A DNA stretch of 64,000 nt, taken from the NCBI GenBank assembly GCA_027366585.1, contig DAHXNF010000040.1:5740-69739 (forward strand), written 5' to 3'. The position numbers were made by a program, and so were the translations under genes. A model generated the notes under the pieces. That model saw only the letters and a list, made by a program, of their open reading frames with translations. It was not told where the DNA came from and ran no database searches. Shown here one piece after another: positions 1 to 11,982 of the stretch (position 1 is its first letter; each line of letters starts with the position of its first letter). Origin of the DNA: Thermoplasmatales archaeon. GTDB lineage: Archaea > Thermoplasmatota > Thermoplasmata > Thermoplasmatales > Thermoplasmataceae.

Positions 1-48
1 GATAAGTAATGGCAACACTTATTTTAGTAGTACGCCTTTTGAATCTTA

Positions 49-555
49 ATGGCAGACCTTGCGGAAATTCTCACACTGGAACATCTTGCTATCAGGCACA
101 TAAGGAAGGAATCGGCACACTGGGGAGCCTTCGACCAGATGTATGAATTTCACAGATTCCTGAAGGAGTGCCATATCGAGGTAGAGGAGAAGATATTTTT
201 TCCGGTGCTGAAGGAATCATCATGGAAGGACTCAAAAGAATTCTTCTCGCAAATCGACATGATAATCGCAGACCACAAGCTTATAAACACTCTTTTTCAG
301 AACCTTGCAAAGTGGAATAATGATGGCAACAGGCAGTTGTATGCTGAGCGGCTACCGCTTTACTTCAAGATCCTGGAGGAGCATAACGATAAAGAGGAGA
401 ACCTGATCTTTCCGCGTTGGGCGCAAGTACCGCCTGATGCAATCAGGAACACCGTTAAGGAGGCCCTGAATGTCGAGGAATCGTTCGGCATTGACCGGTA
501 TCTATCGACTGTTGGGATGACAAAGAGTGGTTTCAGCTACACTTTCAGGACATGA
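49..555 (+). CDS. hemerythrin-like (HHE cation-binding) domain protein
   Basis: 168-aa ORF with repeated His/Glu-rich helices (EHLAIRHI, FHRFLKECHIEVEEKIFFPVL, ADHKLI, LEEHNDKEENLIFP), typical of hemerythrin HHE domains. Confidence 0.65.
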   Translation: MADLAEILTLEHLAIRHIRKESAHWGAFDQMYEFHRFLKECHIEVEEKIFFPVLKESSWKDSKEFFSQIDMIIADHKLINTLFQNLAKWNNDGNRQLYAERLPLYFKILEEHNDKEENLIFPRWAQVPPDAIRNTVKEALNVEESFGIDRYLSTVGMTKSGFSYTFRT

Positions 556-666
556 TTGCAAAATATACCATCTAATGCCTTAAATGCACGTAGCGTGCTG
601 CATGATAGCCGATGACAATAGGCGAATCATTGAAGCAAAGAGTGCTGGAATCATGGCCTGGACCCG

Positions 667-1044
667 CTATATTGATTCGAGTGCCATCCTCAGCTCATTC
701 TCATAAAACCTCGGTCTTCCTGGATCCTCATCAATGTACTTTTGCGCAAGTTCAGATATTAGTAACATCTTTATCTTGCTCCTCTTCCCATCGCCCTCGA
801 TAACTATCTTGCAGGGTAGATACAGGCCGAAATCATGATTTCTGCCGATAAGCTCCCTGGCCGCTTCCGGTTTGCATACGTCCAGGATATAGTACACGGG
901 AAAATCATCCCCGAACTTGTTTTTTATTATTTCCTTCACGTCCACATAGGACAGTAAAGCGAAACCTATTTCCTTGAGCTTCTGGGAGATCTTCAGGAAC
1001 GTCTTTTCAGTATCCAGGTCTACAATCCTCTCAAATTTATACAC
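667..1044 (-). CDS. DUF302 family protein
   Basis: 125-aa ORF. The pattern YILDVCKPEAARELI...GLYLPCKIVIEGDG matches the DUF302 signature (il..CnP..a..ll...lPc.v.v). Confidence 0.7.
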   Translation of the reverse strand: MYKFERIVDLDTEKTFLKISQKLKEIGFALLSYVDVKEIIKNKFGDDFPVYYILDVCKPEAARELIGRNHDFGLYLPCKIVIEGDGKRSKIKMLLISELAQKYIDEDPGRPRFYENELRMALESI

Positions 1045-1238
1045 ATTTTGAAAGTCGTTTCACGTACATCTATTTTCCTGACTTCAAGCACCTGCACTTC
1101 AGGCTCACGGTGCATTGTGAATGCATATCATTCTCTCCCCCACTCAACACAATCCCAGACTTGAAGGAGGCGAAAAGCCGTCAATTGCACCAATCTAAAT
1201 GCTTTAGAGTGGGTATGGAATGGAGCGGCAGATCAAAA

Positions 1239-1571
1239 ATGGAATCATCAGACGAGATAATGAGGCAAGTGCAGGATACGATGAAGTTTGCCGGAGAGAA
1301 GGATCCGATGGCGCAGAAAGCATTCATGAATTTCAACCAGGCAGTCCTCGCCCAGGGAAGTCTGTCTACCAAGGTCAAGGAGCTCATTGCTGTCGCCCTA
1401 TCCCTCTCAAGCAATTGCGAATGGTGCATAACTTACCATGTCAAGGCGGCAAAGGATCTTGGCGCAACAGACGAGGAGATCATGGAAGCTTCATACGTGG
1501 CAGTTCTGCTATCCGGTGCACCGGCCCTCATGCATGTTGCCATATTGAAGAAGGCACTAACAGCAAAGTAA
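1239..1571 (+). CDS. carboxymuconolactone decarboxylase / AhpD-like peroxidase family protein
   Basis: The ORF track starts at 1110, but the conserved part begins near the internal ATGs at 1215 and 1239. It has a CxxC motif (SSNCEWCITYHV) and GATDEEIMEASYVA, typical of the AhpD/CMD family. The start is uncertain. Confidence 0.7.
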   Translation: MESSDEIMRQVQDTMKFAGEKDPMAQKAFMNFNQAVLAQGSLSTKVKELIAVALSLSSNCEWCITYHVKAAKDLGATDEEIMEASYVAVLLSGAPALMHVAILKKALTAK

Positions 1572-2092
1572 AGCCGGCCATTGTTGAGGACCGTGCGATT
1601 CTAATCCACTCCTGAACCGATTGCCTCCGCGTCCAAAGCAGGTCGAGAGATCAATAGCGTGGGTCCCGAAAATGCAGCATATATTGCGGGATATCCGATC
1701 TGAATCAATTTCAACATTGCGCCCAAATATGCGAATTGGGCATTCAACATGCACCCGGATCCAGTTCAGGATGCTGCACTTCGCCTGGCAAACCAATTCA
1801 TCCAAGAGTTTCGGCGAGCGCACTTCATTTCCAACAAGGAAAGATTATAAGTGGCTTCGTGTTTTTAATTCAATAGATGTGAACCTAACTAGGGAATTAT
1901 CATTCTTCCCGCATTCTATCTTGCATTTCAGCGCATGCAGAAGGGAAAACTTCTGTCAGGGCGGTCAACTGATAACACGACTATAAGTTTAATAACGTAT
2001 AATTACTATCATTTAGTATTAAAATAAATTTAACACTAGAGCAAGCTTCGTATGGCAATACATTAATTGAAGTAGAAGCTCGAGGAACGTGA

Positions 2093-4267
<2,175 letters not shown>

Positions 4268-4419
4268 TCATAATGAAGATATTATCATTCACGATAATTC
4301 TTCCCTGCAGGATCTAAGGTGCAGCATGTTTGCTATATGTCAAAACTAAAGCCATGGGCATGTGTTTCCATGCGGACTTGTTGCCAGGAACCCAGGCCTT
4401 TCCCCTCATACTGAGATGA

Positions 4420-5223
4420 TTATTGCTTATCATGCAATTGCATATATTCTGCATCGGTGAGATCAAAAGCATTGGCTCCGAGGAGTTCATCGATATTTCC
4501 CTTGCTGGAAGATTTGGGGATTGGATAGCTTTTCCTCATCACGTACCTGAGCGCGACCTGAACCGGGGTAGCGTCATGCTTTGCCGCAATCCTGCGAAGA
4601 GAGTCATATGAGTTGACATTGCCTTTCATGATGGGCGTGTAAGCGATAACTTCCACTCCGCTCTTCTCACAGAACGGTATTATGTCGTTTTCAGGGCTCC
4701 TCTTTCCATAGCTGTACTCGATCTGGTTCGCAGCAATGTCGCATGTCTTGGCAGCGTCCATTGCTTCCTGCATTTCAGTAACGCCAAAATTGCTCACTCC
4801 TATGCTTCGAACCAACCCGTCACGGACAAGCTGTTCCATCGCAGAAATCGTTTCCCCAATGGGGACAGATTGATTGGGCCAGTGAATCAGGTAGAGATCG
4901 GCATAAGATGTATGAAGCCTCTCAAGGCTGTGCTTAGCTGCCTTAATGAGGTCATCCCGCATGAGATGTGTATTCCAGACCTTTGTAATTATGAAAAGGT
5001 CTTCGCGGTCATAGATCGAGATAGCCTTTCCAACCAGTTCTTCTGTGTGCCCGGAAGCATACATCTCAGCAGTATCTATCACGTTTATTCCCTTGTCTAT
5101 GGCATATCTTAGCGATTCAACATGAAGATCATCCTCTTTTGGATCGGGAGCAGATTTTCCACCAACACCCCATGTACCCATGCCGAAATCGGAAACAGTT
5201 CTTTTACAGAGGCTCCTTGTCAT
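4420..5223 (-). CDS. aldo/keto reductase family oxidoreductase
   Basis: 267 aa. GMGTWGVGG, IDTAEMYASGHTEELVGKAI, DLYLIHWP and IGVSNF are AKR motifs. Confidence 0.9.
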   Translation of the reverse strand: MTRSLCKRTVSDFGMGTWGVGGKSAPDPKEDDLHVESLRYAIDKGINVIDTAEMYASGHTEELVGKAISIYDREDLFIITKVWNTHLMRDDLIKAAKHSLERLHTSYADLYLIHWPNQSVPIGETISAMEQLVRDGLVRSIGVSNFGVTEMQEAMDAAKTCDIAANQIEYSYGKRSPENDIIPFCEKSGVEVIAYTPIMKGNVNSYDSLRRIAAKHDATPVQVALRYVMRKSYPIPKSSSKGNIDELLGANAFDLTDAEYMQLHDKQ

Positions 5224-5386
5224 GGATTGGTTCAGTTTATCCTGCCTTATATTTTCACTGCTTTTTCCTTCATAACAGGGAAAAATGCATGCATTGTGTC
5301 GACGAAAACAGATAATATTCCGAATCGATCGGAAGATTACGGATACAAATGGCCGGGAAAATTCCCGGCTCTAATGACAAGTAAGC

Positions 5387-5980
5387 TCATGCCGCAGTCA
5401 GTATCTCATAGGAAGCGGTCGAGTCCTTTTTCGTCGTTATTATGATAGTCTCGTTGGAGCATGAGATAAGCTGGATTATGTTGATCCCCCTTGAATAGAG
5501 CTTGTGGGTAATCCTCATCACAAAACCGGGAGTTGACTCAATTTCCTTTGGGGACAGGATGTGGATCATGCTTACATCCGCCTCCAGAGTCACTCCCTGT
5601 GCATTCCGTGGAATTCTCGTTTTCATCTCATCCACGATATAGACGATGCTGTCCTGCAGGAAAGTCGCCGAGATATAGCCAACAGGCAGGACCGATTTTG
5701 ACGTCACGACGCATATCTTGTCCTGGATGGAAACCCTGCTCTTTTTCAGGAGCGAGTCTGCGTTTTCCTTTCCGGACGAGGAAGGACCTCTCTCCTTTAT
5801 CCTTTTCAATGCAGCCCTTATTGAAATTAGGTTAAGATCAACATGTTCCTTTCTTATACGCAGTGCAAGGCCGCTTATGTTGACAACACCATCCCTCAGG
5901 GCGAGCAGTATGTCAGGGTTCTCGTCCAGGTATCCCGTGACGATGCTTTCCAGCGTTTTCCTTTCCCGTTTAACTTTCAC
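5387..5980 (-). CDS. conserved hypothetical protein with C-terminal ACT-like domain
   Basis: 197-aa ORF. The C-terminal segment (VSMIHILSPKEIESTPGFVMRITHKLYSRGINIIQLISCSNETIIITTK) resembles aspartokinase-type ACT domains. No stronger assignment is possible. Confidence 0.45.
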   Translation of the reverse strand: MKVKRERKTLESIVTGYLDENPDILLALRDGVVNISGLALRIRKEHVDLNLISIRAALKRIKERGPSSSGKENADSLLKKSRVSIQDKICVVTSKSVLPVGYISATFLQDSIVYIVDEMKTRIPRNAQGVTLEADVSMIHILSPKEIESTPGFVMRITHKLYSRGINIIQLISCSNETIIITTKKDSTASYEILTAA

Positions 5981-6094
5981 AAACTGATAATAGTATTGTT
6001 AATGTTAATACTATTCATATTTTTTTATCATTAATTTGATTATTTTTGACATTTTTAATATAGAAGTTAATATCAACCTGCCTGATCGGCAGGC

Positions 6095-7315
6095 ATGAAA
6101 GAAAAGGCACTGCTACTTTACTCTGGCGGACTGGATACTTCGGTAATGATAAAATGGCTCCAGGAAATGAAGAATTATAACGTGTTAACCCTGACACTCG
6201 ACGTCGGGCAGGAAAAGAATGACCTCATGGCAATTGGAGAGAAGGCGAAGCTTTTGGGAGCCATAAAGTCGATCACGCATGATGCGACCGACAAGTTTGC
6301 GGACGATTTTATTTCCATGGGGATATTAAGCAACGGCCTTTACGCGGACAGATACCCGCTTTCAACCAGCCTTGCGCGGCCGCTTATGGCCGAGCTTGCA
6401 GTGAAATACGCACAGGAAAACTCGTGCGGCATAATAGTCCACGGCTCCACCGGCAAGGGGAACGACCAGGTTCGCTTCGAGGTATCAATCAAGGCACTGG
6501 ATGATGGCATCAAGGTACTTGCGCCGGTCAGGGAAATGAACATGAACCGTGAGGAGGAAATTGAGTATGCGAAGGAGAAAGGCATAGCCATACCATACGG
6601 CGGAAAATACTCGGTTGACGAGAACCTCTGGGGCAGATCGGTTGAGGGCTCCACAATCGAGGATATAAGCGCACCAGTTCCGGTCGACGCCTACCGCTGG
6701 GTCATGCCGCTCGATGAATTGCGCGGATCCAGGAGGAGGGTTTCAATCACCTACGAGAGCGGAATACCGGTCGCAATAGATGGAAAGAACATGCCGCTCA
6801 AGGACCTGGTGATGAAGATGAACGAGATCGCAGGTTCACATGGAATAGGTGCAATCGACATGATCGAGGACAGGGTTGTCGGCATCAAGAGCCATGAGTT
6901 CTACGAATGCCCTGCGGCCGTGACCCTCATTGAAGGCCATAAGTACCTTGAATCGGCGGTGTTGAGCAGGCGTGAGCTGAAGGTAAAGAAGTTCATGGAC
7001 GACCAGTTTTCCGAACTGGTTTACGGTGGTCTCTGGCATGATCCGCTGACCGCCTATATCTGCGATTTTGAAAAGCGCATGAACGGTCCTGTAACAGGAA
7101 CTGTGCAACTGGATCTTTTTATGGGAAGCATAAAGCACGCTGGCGTTGAATCAGGCAGCTCACTGTACGACCAGGCCACCTCTACTTACGGGAAGGCACA
7201 GACATTTGACCAGACAATGTCTCCCGGCTTCATCTATGTATACGGTGCGTCAACTGTTGCTTCCAGAAAAGTCAGGAGCCAAAAGTTAACGGAAATCAGC
7301 CTGGAAGGGCGATAA
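6095..7315 (+). CDS. argG: argininosuccinate synthase
   Basis: 406 aa. LLYSGGLDTS (N-type ATP-PPase), HGSTGKGNDQVRFE and ENLWGRS match ArgG. Confidence 0.95.
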   Translation: MKEKALLLYSGGLDTSVMIKWLQEMKNYNVLTLTLDVGQEKNDLMAIGEKAKLLGAIKSITHDATDKFADDFISMGILSNGLYADRYPLSTSLARPLMAELAVKYAQENSCGIIVHGSTGKGNDQVRFEVSIKALDDGIKVLAPVREMNMNREEEIEYAKEKGIAIPYGGKYSVDENLWGRSVEGSTIEDISAPVPVDAYRWVMPLDELRGSRRRVSITYESGIPVAIDGKNMPLKDLVMKMNEIAGSHGIGAIDMIEDRVVGIKSHEFYECPAAVTLIEGHKYLESAVLSRRELKVKKFMDDQFSELVYGGLWHDPLTAYICDFEKRMNGPVTGTVQLDLFMGSIKHAGVESGSSLYDQATSTYGKAQTFDQTMSPGFIYVYGASTVASRKVRSQKLTEISLEGR

Positions 7316-7346
7316 CCTGCAAAAAATCTGGGCAGGGGGCGCAGCC

Positions 7347-8654
7347 ATGCCATCGGGCACGGACCTGAGCGACATATTAACCAAGGAGGATTCGCGAATA
7401 GATGCAATCATGCTCGATTACGAGCTGATGAACCTGATCGCATTCCACCTGGACATGAAGGACAGGGAGATAATTCCGCCGGCAGAAAGTGCATCAATAA
7501 TCACGCATCTCGTGGGAATGCTTGGAAAGAAAATAAGCATCGATCCGGAAGAAGAGGATGTACACGCATACGTGGAAAACCGGATCCGTGAGAAAGCCGG
7601 CGATTCAGCCGGGAACCTCAGGCTTTTCATCTCCAGGAACGAGCAGAGCCAGTGCAACCTGAGATCCTTCTACATTGACCACCTTCTTATTCTGGCAGGA
7701 ATCCTGCTGCAGGGCTCGGCTTCATTGGAGGAAATCTCCTCCACTGCAAAGGGCAAGATTCCCGGGTTTACCCACTGGAGGCAGGCAATGCCGGTCTCAA
7801 TCTCAACCTATCTTGATTACATTTCCCGTATAAACATGGATCTCGCGGGTGAGGCAGTGTCGCTGATCAGGAGACTCAGGAAATTTTCGCCAATGGGACT
7901 GGGCTCAGGCTATGGAAGCCTATCCAATGCGTCTTTTGATCAGGTTGCAGAATATCTTGGATTCGCTGCCGGCCCGAAGAACCCTGTTGCCGCTGCATTC
8001 TATCGGGGTTTCGATGACATCGATGTGATGTCCCTGCTGGTCAGAATAATGATCTTCTATTCCCGGGTATCGGCGGATCTAATTCTCTACTCGTCAGGAA
8101 GTAACCCTTTTCTTATCCTGCCGGAATCGTTTCTTACCGGAAGCTCGCTCATGCCAAACAAGCGAAACCCGGATTTTCTCGAAATGGTCCAGGGATACGC
8201 ATCCCAGTTCACCGGAGATCTTGCTGCAGCCGCAGCAATTCTGGCAGGCAGTAATACCGGCTATCACAGGGAATTCCAGGTCTCAAAGGACAGGACCGTA
8301 TCAAACATCCTGCTGGTCGAAAGCATCTCGAAGCACATGAATCAGCTTATGCAGGAAATGAAGTTCGATCCTACCGCATCCAGGGAAGCTATCGAGAACC
8401 AGTCATATGCATTGCATGAGGCATATGAGTTATTCAGGAAAACCGGGAAATGGAAGGAATCGTATCAACAGGCAGGCTCAATGGTAAGATCGGGGAAGAG
8501 GTTTAGCGAGCGTGATCCGATAGACTATTTCAGCGTTGACGACAGCGATCTCAAGGAACTTGAAGGAGATCTCCTCACATTATATAACGCATGGAATGGG
8601 CCCCGGAAAAAACTCGTTAAAATGGCGCGTTCATTGCAGCAAACCCCGGGTTGA
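7347..8654 (+). CDS. argH: argininosuccinate lyase (fumarate-lyase superfamily), divergent
   Basis: 435 aa, immediately downstream of argG. It carries the fumarate-lyase signature GSSLMPNKRNPDFLE. Confidence 0.8.
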   Translation: MPSGTDLSDILTKEDSRIDAIMLDYELMNLIAFHLDMKDREIIPPAESASIITHLVGMLGKKISIDPEEEDVHAYVENRIREKAGDSAGNLRLFISRNEQSQCNLRSFYIDHLLILAGILLQGSASLEEISSTAKGKIPGFTHWRQAMPVSISTYLDYISRINMDLAGEAVSLIRRLRKFSPMGLGSGYGSLSNASFDQVAEYLGFAAGPKNPVAAAFYRGFDDIDVMSLLVRIMIFYSRVSADLILYSSGSNPFLILPESFLTGSSLMPNKRNPDFLEMVQGYASQFTGDLAAAAAILAGSNTGYHREFQVSKDRTVSNILLVESISKHMNQLMQEMKFDPTASREAIENQSYALHEAYELFRKTGKWKESYQQAGSMVRSGKRFSERDPIDYFSVDDSDLKELEGDLLTLYNAWNGPRKKLVKMARSLQQTPG

Positions 8655-8703
8655 AGTGCGTGACGGTTGCACCATCCGGCACGTCAGGATGAGCATCCGG
8701 CTT

Positions 8704-9519
8704 TCATTTCCAGCTGCTGAACAAGTTTTTTCCCGAAACGGCATCAGCCCGCAGGATGTCCCAGTTCTTCGCTGGATTCCCCAAAGCTGACCTGAAGGCG
8801 TTTGCAGTTGAAGGGCTGAACCCCTCGAAGTGGTTGTTGACGAAAACAACAAAATCCTGTACTTCATCCAGCTTCTCCTTAACCCGATCCGCCCAAGCCT
8901 GTATCTGTGCACTCCGTCTTATTGTGACATTTCCAAATTCGCTTTCCTTTATGGATCTGTCGCCAACAAGCCGGAGGTATATGCTTTTAGAAGTCAGGTT
9001 TGTCTGGGGCTCAACGAACGGTGTATCTGACCAAGCAAGAACTATCTTCCTGGACCTGAGGTCACTTAAAGTGACATCGTTGAACCAGGACGGATGCCTG
9101 AACTCGACTGCAAAGCTGTATCCGCCGGGGAGCGCGTCCATCAAATCCCGCAACTTCTCCTTTCCGGCGGGATACCTGAAAGACGGGGGAAACTGGATCA
9201 GGATGGGCCCCAGCTTATTTTCCAGCCCGTTGATCACTTCAAGGAACCTTGACATAATACTATCAGGCCTAGGTCCCGGAGGAGTGTGAGTTATTTCCTG
9301 CGGTACCTTAGGTGCAAAAATGAATCCGTCAGGTACCGCGTTGTACCACTTTTTTACAGTTTCAGGTGACGGTATTCCATAAAAGGTCGAGTCTATCTCG
9401 ACTGCATCAAAAACCCTTGAATACAGTTTAAGGTAATCCTCCGCGAGAGTTCCCGGAGGGTAGAAGGAACCCACCCAGCCCGTGTAACTCCAGCCAGAGC
9501 AACCAATTTTCCCCTTCAT
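8704..9519 (-). CDS. DUF72 (UPF0759) family protein
   Basis: 271 aa. GCSGWSYTGWVGSFYP...YLKLYSRVFDAVEIDSTFY...FAVEFRHPSW is the DUF72 pattern. Confidence 0.85.
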   Translation of the reverse strand: MKGKIGCSGWSYTGWVGSFYPPGTLAEDYLKLYSRVFDAVEIDSTFYGIPSPETVKKWYNAVPDGFIFAPKVPQEITHTPPGPRPDSIMSRFLEVINGLENKLGPILIQFPPSFRYPAGKEKLRDLMDALPGGYSFAVEFRHPSWFNDVTLSDLRSRKIVLAWSDTPFVEPQTNLTSKSIYLRLVGDRSIKESEFGNVTIRRSAQIQAWADRVKEKLDEVQDFVVFVNNHFEGFSPSTANAFRSALGNPAKNWDILRADAVSGKNLFSSWK

Positions 9520-9810
9520 GACTGAAATATAATAGAAGATACCTGATAAATAAATTTGCTTAACTTTACATCATTTCCCTTTCAACTTACCTCGGAATCG
9601 CTGAATTAGAGGACTTCTGGCAATTGAGCTGTAGATGCATATTCACAATCTTTCGGGGTAACCGCCGCTGTACTTCTGGTGTAGAGGGATAGGTATCTCA
9701 GGGATACCGTGGATTCAATCATTGGGCACAGGAACAACGGTCTTTCTCCCGGCGACTATGCCCTCATATTCACAATGAACCGCCTCTCTGTCCGAGATCG
9801 AAGAACCGGA

Positions 9811-10366
9811 TGCATGAGTGGATGCGAGGCGATTACCCACCCACACTCTATCCAAAAGTGACTTCACAGGGATTCTGGAACATGATGGATCGTTTCTCCG
9901 AAGAAGGAATGAAAGCAATAAGGGACATGACAAAGGAGAGACTTATCTCCCTTGGTTATGATCATTCCACTCTTTGTTGAAGGCTCCAATTTCTACACCT
10001 TCATTAGGAGAATGACATGGCAAAGAAAGCACACAGCAAGCAGCACCGCATTGATCTGAACCAAATCGCACATTACATAGCGGCAAATGATGACTATATT
10101 CCTTTCTACGGTGAATCCTATCCCGGCAATTTGCATGATTCCGGTACATTTCCATGGATAGTGGGCAATATCCCTCGGGATTCCACGGTGATATTCATGG
10201 CATTTACAACACTGAGAAGAATGTTTCACTTCTTGGTGAGAAGAAATACATCGTTGCTCTCGTGCTTTCGGACCACAGTGATCTCATGTCACTTCACATG
10301 GAAAGGGATTCGTACACTGAAACATTGTCAACGCCCATTCAATTTTTCCCAAAAACACCCAAATAA
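9811..10366 (+). pseudogene. IS1634-family-like DDE transposase remnant (multiple frameshifts, truncated)
   Basis: The reading frame breaks at least 3 times. Pieces are ...LISLGYDHSTL / FVEGSNFYTFI / AHSKQHRIDLNQIAHYIAANDDYIPFYGESYPGNLHDSGTF / SGFHGDIHGIYNTEKNVSLLGEKKYIVALV. They resemble the D..TN.Y / GHSK..R.DL.Q / Y.GN..D core of IS1634-type transposases. Confidence 0.5.
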
Positions 10367-10426
10367 AAAATCCCCAAATACGCTCATTGAAATTTCACCA
10401 TTTCATGCACATGACGAGGAAATTAC

Positions 10427-10609
10427 GTGTTGCGCGATGAGAGGTGGCGTATGATAAGAAACTTGGTAGAGAACGGTTCGAAAATATCTGACATAGCAAG
10501 GGACCTGAACCTTGAAAGAAAGACGGTGAAGAAGTACTCGAAATCAAAGGTTGTGCCTAGGTACAGGATGGGGCAAGGCTCTCATTCCTTTAGTAGCGAG
10601 TGCACTTGA
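10427..10609 (+). pseudogene. transposase N-terminal HTH fragment (IS21/IstA-like)
   Basis: 60-aa GTG-initiated ORF (ERWRMIRNLVENGSKISDIARDLNLERKTVKKYSK), the typical IstA-type HTH. No catalytic domain follows. Confidence 0.4.
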
Positions 10610-10826
10610 TTCTCCAGGAATATCAACCTCTCCCCATGACTATGTTAATAATTTTGGCTTGCAATGGGTCTGGGCTGGCGTCCACTATCCTTGGACAGAG
10701 ATATTTGTACCTTGAAACTAGCGTTGGATTAGCTCCATGCAAAGAGTAAGGGCTATAGTGATGTGGGTAAATCTAATGAGATGGATGGGAATAATAGCTT
10801 GAAGGAATTGAAGATGTGAGATAAAA

Positions 10827-11642
10827 ATGACTAACCCTTTTATCTATTTTCTGTTGAGTGTGTCAGCATTCTATATGGCTGCACTCTTGATTTTGGTTGA
10901 TGCTTTTCTCAGATACAGAAAACCTAGAAGCAAAAAGTTAGTCGTTCGCAGGCTGAATGCAGTTTCCATTCTTGTTGTTCTTGATTCTACGGCGTACATA
11001 ATTGGAATTGCGATTCTAGTACTATCAAGCAATCAAATCGGAAATGCGTCCTTTCACTTCAATGTGGGATTATATTCTGCTCTATTTGTTTTAAGCTGGA
11101 TTCCCATATTCCTTTTGGCCACGATGCTTTGGAGGTCCTCCCAGCAGGTTCAAGGGCGTTCCAGAAGTAAGAATATCGAACACTTCAAAAATGAAACCTA
11201 TGGACTTGCTTTCTTTATTTCAGTTACAATTGCTCTAGTCGCCGTGTCACTCTCTTACTATCTTTATCTAAAAAGCAGTTCAGCTGCATCAATCGGTTAT
11301 TTCTTAATTTATCTCCTTGTTCTTTTTGATGGCTTATCGCTAATACTATGGCTAAGCATGAAATATGGAGAGAAAAATCAAACCGGTGAGGTCGCTCACG
11401 AAGTTGAAAGCAATGAAATGAGCCAACTAACAGCCAGTAGCACCGTTCAGCTTAGAGCCTCCAGAAAAGTATCACTTTATGTCTTTTTAGGCAGTTTCAT
11501 TCTTGAACTCGTATTATATGCTATGAGTAATGCTAAGATAATTGAAGTTGGAATACCGTTTGACAATCCGTATTTTTCCGGCTTGGGATATCTCTCGGGC
11601 ATCTCATTTGTTTTGTGGCTTGCTTTCATGATTGCAAGGTAG
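10827..11642 (+). CDS. hypothetical polytopic membrane protein
   Basis: 271 aa with an ATG start. About 7-8 hydrophobic segments separated by short basic loops. AT-rich and lies between IS remnants. No family recognised. Confidence 0.6.
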   Translation: MTNPFIYFLLSVSAFYMAALLILVDAFLRYRKPRSKKLVVRRLNAVSILVVLDSTAYIIGIAILVLSSNQIGNASFHFNVGLYSALFVLSWIPIFLLATMLWRSSQQVQGRSRSKNIEHFKNETYGLAFFISVTIALVAVSLSYYLYLKSSSAASIGYFLIYLLVLFDGLSLILWLSMKYGEKNQTGEVAHEVESNEMSQLTASSTVQLRASRKVSLYVFLGSFILELVLYAMSNAKIIEVGIPFDNPYFSGLGYLSGISFVLWLAFMIAR

Positions 11643-11752
11643 AAGCTTCTGCTGTGATATCCCTTGTAACCCTTCAATGCACATGGCTTCTTTTTATCTC
11701 CATTATGATCTGGGGGATTTTCTGTCTCTTTCTTTTTATTTCCTTCAAGTAC

Positions 11753-11932
11753 CCATAAGGTTTGCAGTTCCCAACCCCAGCATTCTCCGGGTGCCTGATC
11801 GTGGATGCTATAAACGATCTATGCACTGGATCTCATGTCAGTGTGACATGCACTACAGGAGAGGATGGGAGGACAGTCCCTCAAATTGCCTCTCTGGAAT
11901 CTATCAGCGATAAAATCAAGTGAACTCACGAT
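11753..11932 (+). pseudogene. IS66-family-like transposase remnant (zinc-finger region), left copy
   Basis: Nucleotide similarity to 19090-19252, ending in the same ...aattgcctctctggaatctatc(a/g)gcgataaaa...aactcacgat. One frame reads IASLESISDK, like the CG..L..IG segment of the IS66 zinc-finger region. Heavily degraded. Confidence 0.4.
11884..11932. repeat. direct repeat copy A (49 nt) matching 19203-19252
   Basis: aattgcctctctggaatctatcAgcgataaaatcaAgtGaactcacgat against aattgcctctctggaatctatcGgcgataaaaatcaTgtAaactcacgat. About 45 of 50 positions are identical and the orientation is the same. Confidence 0.9.
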
Positions 11933-11946
11933 AGGGAGTCTCGAAA

Positions 11947-11973
11947 CATTAATAAACAGAATATATATATAAT
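11947..11973 (+). promoter_or_regulatory. AT-rich promoter region with TATA-like boxes upstream of the kinase-HD gene
   Basis: ttaataaa (11949-11956, about 30 nt upstream of ATG 11983) followed by atatatatataa. The spacing fits an archaeal TATA box driving a leaderless or short-leader mRNA. Confidence 0.35.
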
Positions 11974-11982
11974 TTGTTAAAA

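Noticed and set aside
1557-1986. Mutually overlapping ORFs (1621-1986 plus, 1557-1823 minus) in the gap between the AhpD-like gene and katG.
   Set aside because: They have no recognisable motifs, they overlap each other on opposite strands, and their composition (Arg/Ser/Cys-rich) is typical of non-coding frames. They are probably spurious.
9638-9776. A 12-nt direct repeat, catattcacaat, at 9638-9649 and 9765-9776 near the left edge of island 1. I considered it as an att or target-site duplication.
   Set aside because: Exact 12-mers are expected by chance many times among all position pairs in 64 kb. No element ends or integrase are associated with it.
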